DNA of 64,000 bases. Source: Syntrophorhabdaceae bacterium. Lineage in GTDB: Bacteria > Desulfobacterota > Syntrophorhabdia > Syntrophorhabdales > Syntrophorhabdaceae. Below, in pieces: positions 10,064-20,501 of this stretch. The position numbers and the translations under genes were made by a program. The stretch's first letter is position 1. Each line of letters opens with the position of its first letter. Below the pieces are notes generated by a model that did not search any database, had not been told where the DNA came from, and saw only the letters and a program-made list of their open reading frames with translations. Location: positions 3,648,001-3,712,000 of the forward strand of contig OY762209.1 of assembly GCA_963665295.1 (NCBI GenBank). The letters are read 5' to 3'.

Positions 10064-10846
10064 TTATTGACCCTTAAAAGTGGGTTTTCTTTTTTCCACA
10101 AAGGCAGTCATGCCTTCCTTTTGATCGTGGGTGGCAAAGCAAAGCCCGAAATCTCTGGCTTCCAGCATGAGCGCCTCATCCATACTCAGATAGAGACTTT
10201 TGTTTATGCACTCTTTGGCAAGTCCCATGGAAAAAGGACCATTCGACCTGATCTGGGCGGCCATGGCCATCACTTCGCTCATGAGCTGATCGTGAGGGAC
10301 CACTTTATTAATGAGACCCATTTCATATGCTTCCTGTGCGCCTATTGTTCTTGCCGTGAATATCAGTTCCTTGGCCTTCGCGAGTCCCGCGAGTTTTGCG
10401 GTTCTCTGAGTGCCGCCGAACCCGGGAAATATACCGAGGGTCGTCTCGGGAAATCCCACCTTTGCCTTGTCGGATGCGTAAATGATGTCGCACGCGAGGG
10501 CAACTTCGAAACCGCCGCCCAGGGCATAGCCGTTTACCGCCGCGATAACGGGTTTCGGCATATTTTCCAGGGTAGCGAAGGCATCGTGGCCTCTCTGGGA
10601 GAAGGCCATGCCTTCGATGGCGGTCAGATCCTTCATCTCAAGTATGTCGGCGCCTGCAATAAATGCCTTGCCGCCTTCCCCTGTCACGATCACTACCCGG
10701 ACATCGGGGTTGCTGCCCAGCTTCTCGCCTGCGTCTTTAATCTCGACGAGTGTTTCCGAGTTGAGCGCGTTTAATGCCTTGGGCCTGTTAATTTTCAGAA
10801 TCCCTATGCCGTCGCTTATCTCAACAATTAAGTTCTTGTAATCCAT
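10064..10846 (-). CDS. crt: Enoyl-CoA hydratase (crotonase)
   Basis: NRPKALNAL, AFIAGADI, GYALGGGFE, PETTLGIFPGFGGTQR. Confidence 0.92.
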   Translation of the reverse strand: MDYKNLIVEISDGIGILKINRPKALNALNSETLVEIKDAGEKLGSNPDVRVVIVTGEGGKAFIAGADILEMKDLTAIEGMAFSQRGHDAFATLENMPKPVIAAVNGYALGGGFEVALACDIIYASDKAKVGFPETTLGIFPGFGGTQRTAKLAGLAKAKELIFTARTIGAQEAYEMGLINKVVPHDQLMSEVMAMAAQIRSNGPFSMGLAKECINKSLYLSMDEALMLEARDFGLCFATHDQKEGMTAFVEKRKPTFKGQ

Positions 10847-10849
10847 GTT

Positions 10850-12133
10850 TTACGCCTCACTCTCGACAATCGCCGCCAGACCCTGCCCACCGCCGATACA
10901 CATGGAGATGAGTCCATACTTGAGGCCGAGCCGCTGCATCTGATAGAGCGCGGTCGTAACGAGCCTTGCGCCTGTGCAGCCGATGGGATGTCCGAGGGAT
11001 ATGCCGCCGCCGAACATGTTGCATTTGTCTGTGTTGACATTCAGTTCTCTTATACACGCGATGGACTGGGATGCGAAAGCCTCATTCAGTTCGATCATGT
11101 CGATCTGATCAAGAGTGAGACCTGCCTTTTTCAAGGCTTTTCTGATGGCCGGTATCGGGCCGAGTCCCATGAACTGGGGGTCTACGCCGCCACCTGCGTA
11201 TGCGATGACCTTTCCCATGGGTTTGATGCCGAGTGCATTTGCTTTCTCCCTTGTCATGAGCACTGCGGCGGAAGCTGCATCGTTCAGGCCGGATGCGTTA
11301 CCGGCGGTCACTGTTCCACCCTTTTTGAAAGCCGTTCCGAGTTTGGCCATCTTTTCCATGCTCGTGTCCATGGGCCTCTCATCGGTGTCGAAGATAATGG
11401 GGTCGCCTTTCTTCTGGGGGATTTTTACCGGAATGATCTCGTTCTTGAAGAGTCCCTCTTTTATGGCCTTTCTTGCCCGCTGATGACTTACAAGGCTGAA
11501 CATATCCTGTTCTTCTCTGGTTATGCCGTAGCGCTCAGCGATGTTCTCGGCGGTTACTCCCATGTGGTATCCGTAGAAAATCTCCCACACGCCGTCAAGG
11601 ACCATAAGGTCGACCATCTTGGTGTCGAACATACGGGCTCCCCATCTGGCGGAGGGTACTATAAAGGGTGCGAGGCTCATGTTTTCCATGCCGCCCGCCA
11701 CAACTACATCGTTATCGCCCGTGGCGATGGACTGGACGCCGTTTATGATGGCCTTCAATCCCGAAGAACAGACTTTGTTGATCGTATAGGCGTTGGTTTC
11801 CTTGGGAACGCCTGCAAAAATGGATGCCTGTCTTGCGGAGTTCTGGCCAAGGCCGCCCTGAAGGACGTTGCCCATGATAACTTCATCGATTTCCACTTCT
11901 TTCAGGCTGCTGTCGAAATCATAATACTTTGCTTCAAGATCCGTATCGGTCTTGCCGCCGAATGTGTCGGGAGCCACATCTTTGTCTTTGGTTTTTGAAG
12001 GCCTTATTCCCGCCCTCTTTATCGCCTCATTAATAGCGAGTCCACCAAGCTTAACAACGGGTACATCCTTTAAAGAAGCTCCGAAGCTGCCGATTGCCGT
12101 TCTTGCACACGATACTATTACTACCTCTCTCAT
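10850..12133 (-). CDS. Acetyl-CoA C-acyltransferase (thiolase)
   Basis: NKVCSSG, ELNEAFA, GHPIGCTG, MCIGGGQG. Confidence 0.95.
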   Translation of the reverse strand: MREVVIVSCARTAIGSFGASLKDVPVVKLGGLAINEAIKRAGIRPSKTKDKDVAPDTFGGKTDTDLEAKYYDFDSSLKEVEIDEVIMGNVLQGGLGQNSARQASIFAGVPKETNAYTINKVCSSGLKAIINGVQSIATGDNDVVVAGGMENMSLAPFIVPSARWGARMFDTKMVDLMVLDGVWEIFYGYHMGVTAENIAERYGITREEQDMFSLVSHQRARKAIKEGLFKNEIIPVKIPQKKGDPIIFDTDERPMDTSMEKMAKLGTAFKKGGTVTAGNASGLNDAASAAVLMTREKANALGIKPMGKVIAYAGGGVDPQFMGLGPIPAIRKALKKAGLTLDQIDMIELNEAFASQSIACIRELNVNTDKCNMFGGGISLGHPIGCTGARLVTTALYQMQRLGLKYGLISMCIGGGQGLAAIVESEA

Positions 12134-12358
12134 AACCCTCTCCTTTCGATCAAGTCAAGTTGAAAAAAAATTCACAATCTTTTTTATCGTAAACGCGACA
12201 GTTTGTCAATGAATTTTAGCGGGTTTGGACTTAATTTCCGACAAGATGGCGATATACAAGGGGCCCGGGCCCGACGGTCCAATTTGTGGTCCCGCGGGAG
12301 TTTATGGTTTACTTTTTATGGGGGTCTGTTAAAATGTAGACGTACAGGAGGTGCGTGG

Positions 12359-12778
12359 ATGAATTGGAAAATAAGTATGCTCTTGGTTATCGCTCTGTGT
12401 ACATTTCCGGCGATCAGCCGCAGCGCGGGCGTAGTGGAGGAGGATGGCCATAAGTGGCAGGAGTACCACAAGAATAATCGCGCCGTGGTATTCTACTATG
12501 AAAAGGATTCCGTAGTCTTCGGCGCCGACGGCGTCATCAAGGTATGGAGGAAGCGTGAGTTCCCCATCAGGTCGCAGCAGAGGAGCATTATTGCCCTTGA
12601 AGAGATAGATTGTTACAAACAACAATATCGATCCGTCCAACTGAAGGTAGTGAACTGGGACGACACGGCCGAGACCTTCGACCGCGTGGGGGACTGGTCC
12701 ACCATCTTTTCGGAGTCCCCGGAGGAGTACTTTCTTGATAATGTCTGCACAGAACTGAAGAAAAAGAAGAAGAAATAG
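12359..12778 (+). CDS. Exported hypothetical protein (surface-adhesin E-like)
   Basis: GGAGG RBS, signal peptide, VKVW..EIDC pattern, poly-Lys tail. Confidence 0.6.
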   Translation: MNWKISMLLVIALCTFPAISRSAGVVEEDGHKWQEYHKNNRAVVFYYEKDSVVFGADGVIKVWRKREFPIRSQQRSIIALEEIDCYKQQYRSVQLKVVNWDDTAETFDRVGDWSTIFSESPEEYFLDNVCTELKKKKKK

Positions 12779-12837
12779 ACGGACATACCGGAGTTGCCCG
12801 AAAAGGGCTCCGGCATGACTGAGCGGTGACGGCAGGC

Positions 12838-14880
12838 ATGGACGAGCTGAACAATGAAGACGACTTAAGAAGGCCCGACCCCGACGCCCTTCTCAGGGAA
12901 ATAAAGCGCGGAGACCAAAAAAGAGGAAGATTGAAGATATTCCTGGGGTATGCCCCGGGAGTGGGGAAGACGTACGCAATGCTCCAGGAAGCCCACGTTC
13001 TGAAAGACCGTGGCGAAGATGTCGTAGTCGGCATTGTGGAAACTCATAAGAGGTCCGAGACCGTGGCATTGACGGAGGGTCTCGAAACTTTGCCGAGGCA
13101 GCGCCTGGAATACGAGGGCATCGAAATTGAGGAGATGGACCTCGACGGGATCCTCGCACGCCGTCCGTGCATAGTCCTCGTGGACGAACTTGCCCATACC
13201 AATGCGCCCGACACCCGCCATCCCAAACGTTATCAGGATGTAGAGGAACTGATCGCCAATGGGATCGACGTCTACACTACCGTCAATATCCAGCACTTCG
13301 AGAGCCAGGTTGACGTGGTGGCGAGGATTACCGGGGTCAGGGTACAGGAGAACGTACCTGATTCCATTCTCGAGTCCGCCGACGAAGTACAGGTCATCGA
13401 TATCCCTCTGGAAGAGCTTTCCCTCAGGCTGAAGGAGGGGAAGGTCTACATACCCGAACAGGCGAAGCTCGCGATGGAGGGCTATTTCCAGCGCGGGAAC
13501 CTTGTGGCGCTCAGGGAACTCACCCTTACTCTTGTTGCCCGTAAAATGGACACCGAGCTTTTGAATTACATGAAGTCGAAGGCTATTGCCGGCCCATGGC
13601 CGGCAGGGGAGAGGCTGGTAGTGTGCATCGCACCTAACCCCTACGCACTTCAACTGCTCAGACGCGCTTACAAGATAGCCACGGATGCCCATGCGGAATG
13701 GTATGCGGTTTACGTTTCCACACCGGGTGTGAAGGACCTGTCGAACGCGGAAAAGGCGTATCTTACTGCGGCACTCAATCTGGCGGAGGAACTGGGGGCA
13801 AAGGCCCTGACCCTTTCGGGAGGCGATGTGGCCGATGAAGTACTTCGCTTTGCCCGGGAATATAATATAACCCGGGTTGTAATCGGCAAGCCCCTGCGCT
13901 CGACGATCAGGTCGCTGTGGAGAGGGTCCCCGGTAAATCGGTTGCTGCGCGCAAGGGCCGATTTCGAGATACATCTTATCACTCCTGCCCGGGAAAAGCC
14001 GGAGGTCCTGGAAAAACAGAAGCACGGTGCATTCAGGCTTGATTTCAAAGGTTATGGGCTGACGCTCGGCATGGTTGCCGCCGTCACCATGCTCAACCTT
14101 CTTCTCCAGACCATTATGGACCCGAAATCACTTGTCTTCATCTATCTGATTGTGACCATCGCGAGCGCCCTGTTCTTCGGGAGGGTAGCGTCGCTGGTCG
14201 GATCTGTGGTCGGTCTGCTGACCTTTGATTTCCTTTTTGTGGAGCCCAGGTACAGGTTTACTATGTACCATGCGAATGATGTGGTGAATGTGCTCATATT
14301 CTTTCTTACTTCTGTTGTGGTAGGGCAGCTTGTGAAAACAACACGCGAGCAGAACCTGACGCTCCAACTCCGGTTGAGACGCATAACGCTTATCGAGGAG
14401 ATGAGCAGGGAATTCATGTCCATGCCCCCTGTTGAGCAGTTGGTGGGCGGTTTTGTCCATGACCCGAAAGAGTGGAGCGGCTTTCTTTCCCTCCTGCGCA
14501 CGACGGTGCTTGATGAAATAAGCCACGTAGCCACAAAATATATCGCGAGGATTATCGACTCCCCCTCTTTTGTGCTCTTTACAGGGGAGGGGGGGAAACT
14601 CAGGGTGTGGGCTCGCAGCAATCCCGACCTGGACCTCAGTTCCCATGAGGTGACAGTGGCGGAGTGGGTCTGCGCCCATGGGGAGATGGCCGGCGCGGGC
14701 ACTCAGACCCTTTCCAATATCGAAACCTTTTTCATACCAATGCAAACTCTTGAGGAAACGGTGGGGGTGATTGGTGTCCGGTGCGATTTCCGGGGCCTTC
14801 TCCTGGACCAGCGCCGCCTTCTGAGCGCCATTTCAAACCTGTCATCCCTTGCCGTGGCGCGGTGGGTAAACGTTAAGTGA
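12838..14880 (+). CDS. kdpD: KdpD sensor part: KdpD N-domain + USP + 4TM (DUF4118) + GAF, no kinase domain
   Basis: GRLKIFLGYAPGVGKTYAML, LVDELAHTN, KRYQDVEEL; ends without an H-box or HATPase domain. Confidence 0.88.
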   Translation: MDELNNEDDLRRPDPDALLREIKRGDQKRGRLKIFLGYAPGVGKTYAMLQEAHVLKDRGEDVVVGIVETHKRSETVALTEGLETLPRQRLEYEGIEIEEMDLDGILARRPCIVLVDELAHTNAPDTRHPKRYQDVEELIANGIDVYTTVNIQHFESQVDVVARITGVRVQENVPDSILESADEVQVIDIPLEELSLRLKEGKVYIPEQAKLAMEGYFQRGNLVALRELTLTLVARKMDTELLNYMKSKAIAGPWPAGERLVVCIAPNPYALQLLRRAYKIATDAHAEWYAVYVSTPGVKDLSNAEKAYLTAALNLAEELGAKALTLSGGDVADEVLRFAREYNITRVVIGKPLRSTIRSLWRGSPVNRLLRARADFEIHLITPAREKPEVLEKQKHGAFRLDFKGYGLTLGMVAAVTMLNLLLQTIMDPKSLVFIYLIVTIASALFFGRVASLVGSVVGLLTFDFLFVEPRYRFTMYHANDVVNVLIFFLTSVVVGQLVKTTREQNLTLQLRLRRITLIEEMSREFMSMPPVEQLVGGFVHDPKEWSGFLSLLRTTVLDEISHVATKYIARIIDSPSFVLFTGEGGKLRVWARSNPDLDLSSHEVTVAEWVCAHGEMAGAGTQTLSNIETFFIPMQTLEETVGVIGVRCDFRGLLLDQRRLLSAISNLSSLAVARWVNVK

Positions 14881-15307
14881 TATTACCGGAACTTTGCCGG
14901 CTCATTAACTCCTCTTCGAATCCCCACATCCTCAGTCGGTCATCCGCCTGGATTTCACTCTCCTGACCTGCAAACCTGTTCTTGTCGTAGTGGCCGAGAT
15001 ATAGATGGGCAAATTCGTGGGCAATGATATACATGATCTCATGGGGAGGACACTTGCTGAAATTGGTGACAAAGACGACGAGCGCCCGATCGCCCCTTCC
15101 CGGAGCATAGAACAGGGAATCAAGGCCTAACACGGTATTTCCCGTGGTCTTGAGTATGTGCACATTCTTCTCGTATACAATCGATTTCAGATCGCGGAAG
15201 GGAATACGCATGAGGCATTCTCTCAGATAATAGATGAAATTGAAATCATCGGAGCCGATGATCCTGTCCGTCATCTGATCTATCAATAGCTCTTTCTCAG
15301 GATTCAT
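14873..15307 (-). CDS. Small HEXXH putative zinc metallopeptidase-like protein
   Basis: IIAHEFAHLYLGH..E.QAD motif; directly downstream of kdpC. Confidence 0.6.
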   Translation of the reverse strand: MNPEKELLIDQMTDRIIGSDDFNFIYYLRECLMRIPFRDLKSIVYEKNVHILKTTGNTVLGLDSLFYAPGRGDRALVVFVTNFSKCPPHEIMYIIAHEFAHLYLGHYDKNRFAGQESEIQADDRLRMWGFEEELMSRQSSGNIT

Positions 15308-15324
15308 CGACGGCCTTCCTATGG

Positions 15325-15924
15325 TCAACGCGGCAGGCCCGTCCTGACATGTTTCCGGCCCAAATCATCGAGGGCCAGGTTGAGGAGGAGCACATTGACC
15401 CTGTCCTCGCCCATGAAGCGAAGGAGGGAAGGTTCAATGTGGCGCTCGACCAGACCCTGGAGTTCCTCTTCCGTGAGCCTTCGCGCTCTCGCTACCCTGC
15501 TTATCTGAACCATTGCCGCTTGAGGGGTGATATGGGGGTCGAGTCCGCTGGCGGAAGCGAGGACGAGGTCGGCAGGGACCGGGACGTCCCGGGGAATGCG
15601 GTTTTCTTCACGGACCTTCAGGACCCGCTTACCCACAAGGTCAAGGAATTTTGCGTTTGAAGGGCCGGAGTTGCTTCCACCGGAATTGCCGGCATCATAC
15701 GGTTTTTCCAAGGCAGAGGGACGGCCGTGGAAGTATCCGACGGTGGTGAACTGCTGTCCGATAAGGGAGGACCCCATTATTTCCTTATCGAATGTGATGA
15801 GACTCCCGTTGGCTTCCTTGCGGAATTCGAGGTGAGCTATTCCTGTAATAACGATTGGATAGGCGATACCTGTGAGAAGTGACATTATAACGAACATGCG
15901 CAGGGACCGGATTAATTCTTTCAT
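15325..15924 (-). CDS. kdpC: K+-transporting ATPase subunit C
   Basis: ANGSL, YFHGRPSA, ASASGLDPHI, VNVLLLNLALD. Confidence 0.95.
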   Translation of the reverse strand: MKELIRSLRMFVIMSLLTGIAYPIVITGIAHLEFRKEANGSLITFDKEIMGSSLIGQQFTTVGYFHGRPSALEKPYDAGNSGGSNSGPSNAKFLDLVGKRVLKVREENRIPRDVPVPADLVLASASGLDPHITPQAAMVQISRVARARRLTEEELQGLVERHIEPSLLRFMGEDRVNVLLLNLALDDLGRKHVRTGLPR

Positions 15925-15933
15925 CTCTTCCTC

Positions 15934-17970
15934 CTATGCAAGATGCAGGAACACGATGAGCAGGTCTATCATCTTTATTCCCACAAAAGGCAGTATGAGT
16001 CCCCCAACGCCATAGATGAGGAGATTGCGCCACAGGAGTGTCATGGCGGCCACGGGACGGTATTTGATGCCCTTGAGTGACAGGGGAATGAGAAGGGGGA
16101 TGATTACGGCGTTAAATATTATCGCCGAGAGGACGGCGCTGTTCGGTGTGGAAAGCCACATGATATTGAGAATGCCCAGCATGGGGAACGAAGGGACAAA
16201 GATAGCGGGTATGATGGCGAAGTATTTTGCCACATCGTTGGCGACGCTGAAGGTAGTAAGGGCCCCTCTGGTCATGAGTATTTGCTTCCCGATCTCGACG
16301 ATATCGAGAAGCTTGGTCGGGTTGGAATCGAGGTCGACCATGTTGGCCGCTTCTCTGGACGCCTGAGTTCCCGCATTCATCGCAACGGCCACGTCGGCCT
16401 GGGCAAGGGCAGGGGCGTCGTTGGTCCCGTCTCCGATCATGGCCACCAGGTTGCCCTCGGCCTGATACTTACGGATCAGGTTCAGTTTCTCCTCAGGGCG
16501 GGCCTGGGCCACGAAATCGTCGATCCCTGCTTCAGCCGCAATCGCGGCGGCGGTAAGGGGGTTGTCCCCTGTTATCATTATGGAGCGTATCCCGAGCAGG
16601 CGAAGCTGGGAGAGTCGTTCTTTTATCCCTTCCTTGAGAACATCTTTGAGATATACCACACCCAGGGCCCTCGCGGAATCGGCCACTACAAGAGGCGTTC
16701 CCCCTTCACGGGCTACTCTGTCCACGGCCTTGGAAATACTTCCGTCCACCACTCCACCCTTTCCCTGCACGAACGCGGTGACTGCGTCCGTGGCCCCCTT
16801 ACGTATCTCCCTGTCATTCCAGGTTATACCGCTCATGCGGAGTTCGGGGGTAAAAGGGATGAACCTTGCGTCGGGTGCCGTCTTGATATCGCGACCTCTG
16901 ATATCGAGACGGTGTTTCGCCAAAGCGACAATGCTTCGTCCTTCGGGTGTTTCGTCGGCAAGAGACCCGAGAAGGGCTGCCTCGATCAATTCTTCATCCC
17001 TAACGCCGGAGGCCGGGATGAAATCCGTCGCCATGCGGTTCCCTAAAGTGATTGTCCCCGTCTTATCCAGGAGAACTACGTTTACATCGCCCGACGCTTC
17101 AACGGCGCGTCCGCTCAAGGCAATCACATTGTGCTGGATGAGACGGTCCATCCCCGCGATGCCGATAGCAGGGAGAAGCCCCCCTATGGTGGTAGGGATA
17201 AGACAGACGAGAAGGGCCACAAGCACGGGCAGCGTAACCACTGCGCCGGTGTATTTTGCGAAAGGCGCCAGGGTGCCCACTACCACGACAAAAAGCACGG
17301 TGAGACCGACCAGAAGAATCTCGAGGGCCCGCTCATTCGGCGTCTTCTGCCGGCTGGCGCTTTCCACCATGGAGATCATGTGGTCAAGAAACGTTTCGCC
17401 CGGGTTGGCCGTAATGCGGATGGTAATGCGTCCGGACAGGATGCGTGTACCGCCGGTCACGCCGGTACGGTCGCCCTTTGCTTCCCGTATCACGGGCGCC
17501 GACTCGCCCGTGACGGCCGATTCATCCACAAGGGCCACTCCTTCCTCTATTTCTCCATCGCCGGGTATGGGGTCGTTGTCTTCCGCGACCACGAGGTCGC
17601 CCTTTCGGAGAGAGAGGGCAGGGATGGTTTCGGTTTGTCCTTCGCAAGTCAGGCGCTTGGCGTATGCCTCGCTTTGAGCGCGTCTCAACGTCTCGGCCTG
17701 CGCTTTGCCCCGGCCTTCGGCGAGAGCTTCGGCAAAATTGGCGAACAAGACGGTAAACCATAGCCAGACGCTGATATGGATGTTGAACCCGAAGGGACCG
17801 CCGTAGATCAGATTGTTGACGGATATCGCCGTGGTGATGACCGACACCATTTCCACCACGAACATGACGGGGTTATGCCACAAGACCCGCGGGTCGAGGC
17901 GGAGAAAGGCCCCTTTTACTGAGGAACTTATCAAGTCGCCCTGCCAGAATTTGATTTTGTCGTTTTCCAC
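15934..17970 (-). CDS. kdpB: K+-transporting P-type ATPase subunit B
   Basis: [31 protein letters not shown]. Confidence 0.97.
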   Translation of the reverse strand: MENDKIKFWQGDLISSSVKGAFLRLDPRVLWHNPVMFVVEMVSVITTAISVNNLIYGGPFGFNIHISVWLWFTVLFANFAEALAEGRGKAQAETLRRAQSEAYAKRLTCEGQTETIPALSLRKGDLVVAEDNDPIPGDGEIEEGVALVDESAVTGESAPVIREAKGDRTGVTGGTRILSGRITIRITANPGETFLDHMISMVESASRQKTPNERALEILLVGLTVLFVVVVGTLAPFAKYTGAVVTLPVLVALLVCLIPTTIGGLLPAIGIAGMDRLIQHNVIALSGRAVEASGDVNVVLLDKTGTITLGNRMATDFIPASGVRDEELIEAALLGSLADETPEGRSIVALAKHRLDIRGRDIKTAPDARFIPFTPELRMSGITWNDREIRKGATDAVTAFVQGKGGVVDGSISKAVDRVAREGGTPLVVADSARALGVVYLKDVLKEGIKERLSQLRLLGIRSIMITGDNPLTAAAIAAEAGIDDFVAQARPEEKLNLIRKYQAEGNLVAMIGDGTNDAPALAQADVAVAMNAGTQASREAANMVDLDSNPTKLLDIVEIGKQILMTRGALTTFSVANDVAKYFAIIPAIFVPSFPMLGILNIMWLSTPNSAVLSAIIFNAVIIPLLIPLSLKGIKYRPVAAMTLLWRNLLIYGVGGLILPFVGIKMIDLLIVFLHLA

Positions 17971-17982
17971 AGTTATTTCCTC

Positions 17983-19686
17983 CTAGAAAGTGCGGCCGGC
18001 AAGGATCAGCAGATGTTCGAGAAACGGGCCGAGCACGAGGGATGGAAAAAACGTGAGGGCACCGACAATAAGAACGACCCCTACAAGGAGGGCGGCAAAG
18101 AGCGGGCTTGCCGTGGGAAAGGTGGCCGAGCTCGGAGGCACGCTCTTCTTCGCGGAGAGCGATCCCGCGATGGCCAGGGCGGGCAAAATGGTGAGAAAGC
18201 GTCCTACAAGCATGACAAAGCCCGTGGTAAGGTTATAGAATACCGTGTTGGCGTTGAGTCCCGCGAAGGCCGACCCGTTGTTTCCTGCGGCGGAGAAGAA
18301 AGCGTAGAGAATCTCGGAAAGGCCGTGGGGCCCGGCATTTCCGAGGCTGGAAAGACCCGCGGAGGTGAAAACGGCCACGCTCGCGAAGATAAGGGACGCG
18401 ACGGCAGGGGCGATGACGGCGATCACCGCCATGACCATCTCTCTCACCTCAAGTTTCTTGCCGAGGAACTCCGGGGTGCGTCCTATCATGAGACCTGCGA
18501 GAAACATGGCGAGAATCGCGTACATGAGCATACCGATGAGACCGACACCCACACCGCCGAAGATCACCTCCCCCACAGCCATGTTAAACATGTATATGAG
18601 ACCGGTAAAAGGCATCATGCTGTCGTGCATCGCATTTACCGACCCGTTTGACGTGGCGGAAGTCGCCTGACCCCAGAGGGCGGAAGGGCCCACGCCGAAC
18701 CTTATTTCTTTGCCTTCCAGATTGATGCCGCCCGTAACTCCCGATTTCACGAGAAGCGGATTTCCACTCCACTCGGCCCATTGCGTGACACCTAACCCGA
18801 TCACGAAAAGCACCATCATGGAGGCAAAGATCGCCCAGCCCTGGCGTCGGTTATTGACCATGTGTCCGAAGGTGAAGGGTAGGGCCACGGGTATGAGCAG
18901 GATGGCAAGTATTTCCATAAAACCGGAGAGAGGCGTGGGGTTCTCAAAGGGGTGGGCCGAATTTGCGTTGAAAAAACCGCCTCCATTCGACCCGAGTTGC
19001 TTGACGGCGATCTGTGAGGCTGCGGGGCCCACGGCGATAATCTGCTCAGATCCTTCCAGGGTGTGGGCCTTCACAGAGGGATTGAAGGTCTGCACCACTC
19101 CTTGAGAGAGGAGGAGGACGGCGAAGATAATGGTGAGAGGAAGGAGAATGTAGAGTACGGAACGGGTCATGTCTACCCAGAAATTGCCCACGGTATTTTT
19201 CAGTGTGTATGTGAAGCCCCGTATGAGAGGGATCATGACCGCCATTCCCACTGCCGAGGAGACGAAGTTCTGGACCGTGAGTCCCACCATCTGGGTAAAA
19301 TAACTCATAGTCGATTCGCCCCCGTAAGCCTGCCAATTAGTGTTGGTCACGAAGGATATGGCGGCATTTACCGCCGTATCCCAGCGGACGCCTTCAAACC
19401 CGTTTGGGTTGAGGGGGAGCCGACCCTGCATGACCTGGAGCAGGAAGAGTATGAGGATGCCGATTGCATTGAAGAGAAGAAAAGCGAGGGAATACTGCTT
19501 CCAGGTCATTTCCTCGTTCTTTCTCACCCCTGAGAGACGGTAGATTCCTGACTCGACAGGAAGCAACGCGAAGCTCAGAAGAGTACGCCGTCCTGTATAG
19601 ACCTTTGCCATATAACTGCCCAAAGGTATGGCCAAGGCCATGAGAACGGTAAAAAATACACCCATATACAAAATGTTGCCCGTCAT
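17983..19686 (-). CDS. kdpA: K+-transporting ATPase subunit A
   Basis: SFVTNTNWQ, NGGGFFNANSAHPFENP, NNGSAFAGL; GGAGG RBS before ATG 19686. Confidence 0.96.
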   Translation of the reverse strand: MTGNILYMGVFFTVLMALAIPLGSYMAKVYTGRRTLLSFALLPVESGIYRLSGVRKNEEMTWKQYSLAFLLFNAIGILILFLLQVMQGRLPLNPNGFEGVRWDTAVNAAISFVTNTNWQAYGGESTMSYFTQMVGLTVQNFVSSAVGMAVMIPLIRGFTYTLKNTVGNFWVDMTRSVLYILLPLTIIFAVLLLSQGVVQTFNPSVKAHTLEGSEQIIAVGPAASQIAVKQLGSNGGGFFNANSAHPFENPTPLSGFMEILAILLIPVALPFTFGHMVNNRRQGWAIFASMMVLFVIGLGVTQWAEWSGNPLLVKSGVTGGINLEGKEIRFGVGPSALWGQATSATSNGSVNAMHDSMMPFTGLIYMFNMAVGEVIFGGVGVGLIGMLMYAILAMFLAGLMIGRTPEFLGKKLEVREMVMAVIAVIAPAVASLIFASVAVFTSAGLSSLGNAGPHGLSEILYAFFSAAGNNGSAFAGLNANTVFYNLTTGFVMLVGRFLTILPALAIAGSLSAKKSVPPSSATFPTASPLFAALLVGVVLIVGALTFFPSLVLGPFLEHLLILAGRTF

Positions 19687-19771
19687 TGCGCTGATCCTCC
19701 CTATGGGAAATGCCCATGAAAAGATTTTAAGCATTTCAGTATAAGTTTGGTGTCAAGAGATAGAGGCTAAA

Positions 19772-19789
19772 CGTAAAGAAGAAATAAAG
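19772..19789 (-). promoter_or_regulatory. Putative KdpE binding site upstream of kdpA
   Basis: Minus strand TTTA-TTTCTTC-TTTA, same TTTA-N7-TTTA layout as the E. coli kdpFABC KdpE site. Confidence 0.6.
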
Positions 19790-19808
19790 ATGGCAGCATG
19801 GAGGCGAC

Positions 19809-20501
19809 TCAGTCGCTTGTGACAAGCCTGTACCCTACGCCCGATTCAGTTATGATGAATACGGGCTGTGACGGGTCCGCCTCGATCTTCCTGCGTATCT
19901 GACCGATATAGATGCGGAGGTAATGGGTTTCGTCCTGGAAATTAGGCCCCCATATGGCGCGGAGAAGCTGGCGATGGGTGACTACCCGTCCTGCCTTGAG
20001 GGCGAGATACTTGAGAATGTCGTACTCCGTGGGTGTGAACTTGACCTCTTTCCCTCTAACCAGGACATTGCGACGGGCCATATCGAGGGTCAGTTCTCCG
20101 AAGGTAAGAACCGGTTCATCTTCTGTTTTGGCGGTGTGTCTGAGAGCCACGCGGATCCGGGCGAGAAGTTCTCCCATGCTGAACGGTTTGGTCACATAGT
20201 CGTCTGCGCCGGCATCAAGGGCCTTGATCTTGTCACTCTCGTGCTCTCGCACGGAGAGGACGATGATCGGGGTTGCGGTCCACTCCCGGAGTCTCGTGAT
20301 CACTTCGATGCCGTCTATGTCGAGCAGACCGAGGTCCAAAATAATAAGATCCGGATGGAACATAGTCGTACGGTTCAGGCCTTCGTGGCCCGACGCCGCC
20401 TCGGCGATACCATATCCATAGCCTGACAGGGCTGTGGAGAGCATGCGCCGGATCTGTTTTTCATCATCTATCACCAATATACGGGCGCCATCAGATTCCA
20501 T
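19809..20501 (-). CDS. kdpE: Response regulator KdpE (OmpR family)
   Basis: ILVIDDE, LDLGL, GADDYVTKPF, YLRIYIGQIRRKIE. Confidence 0.94.
   Translation of the reverse strand: MESDGARILVIDDEKQIRRMLSTALSGYGYGIAEAASGHEGLNRTTMFHPDLIILDLGLLDIDGIEVITRLREWTATPIIVLSVREHESDKIKALDAGADDYVTKPFSMGELLARIRVALRHTAKTEDEPVLTFGELTLDMARRNVLVRGKEVKFTPTEYDILKYLALKAGRVVTHRQLLRAIWGPNFQDETHYLRIYIGQIRRKIEADPSQPVFIITESGVGYRLVTSD

Noticed and set aside
10988..11998. 336-aa plus-strand ORF
   Set aside because: Antisense shadow of the thiolase; no motifs.
12865..17677. Long ORFs 12865-14025 (-) and 16562-17677 (+)
   Set aside because: Antisense to kdpD and kdpB; expected from codon bias.
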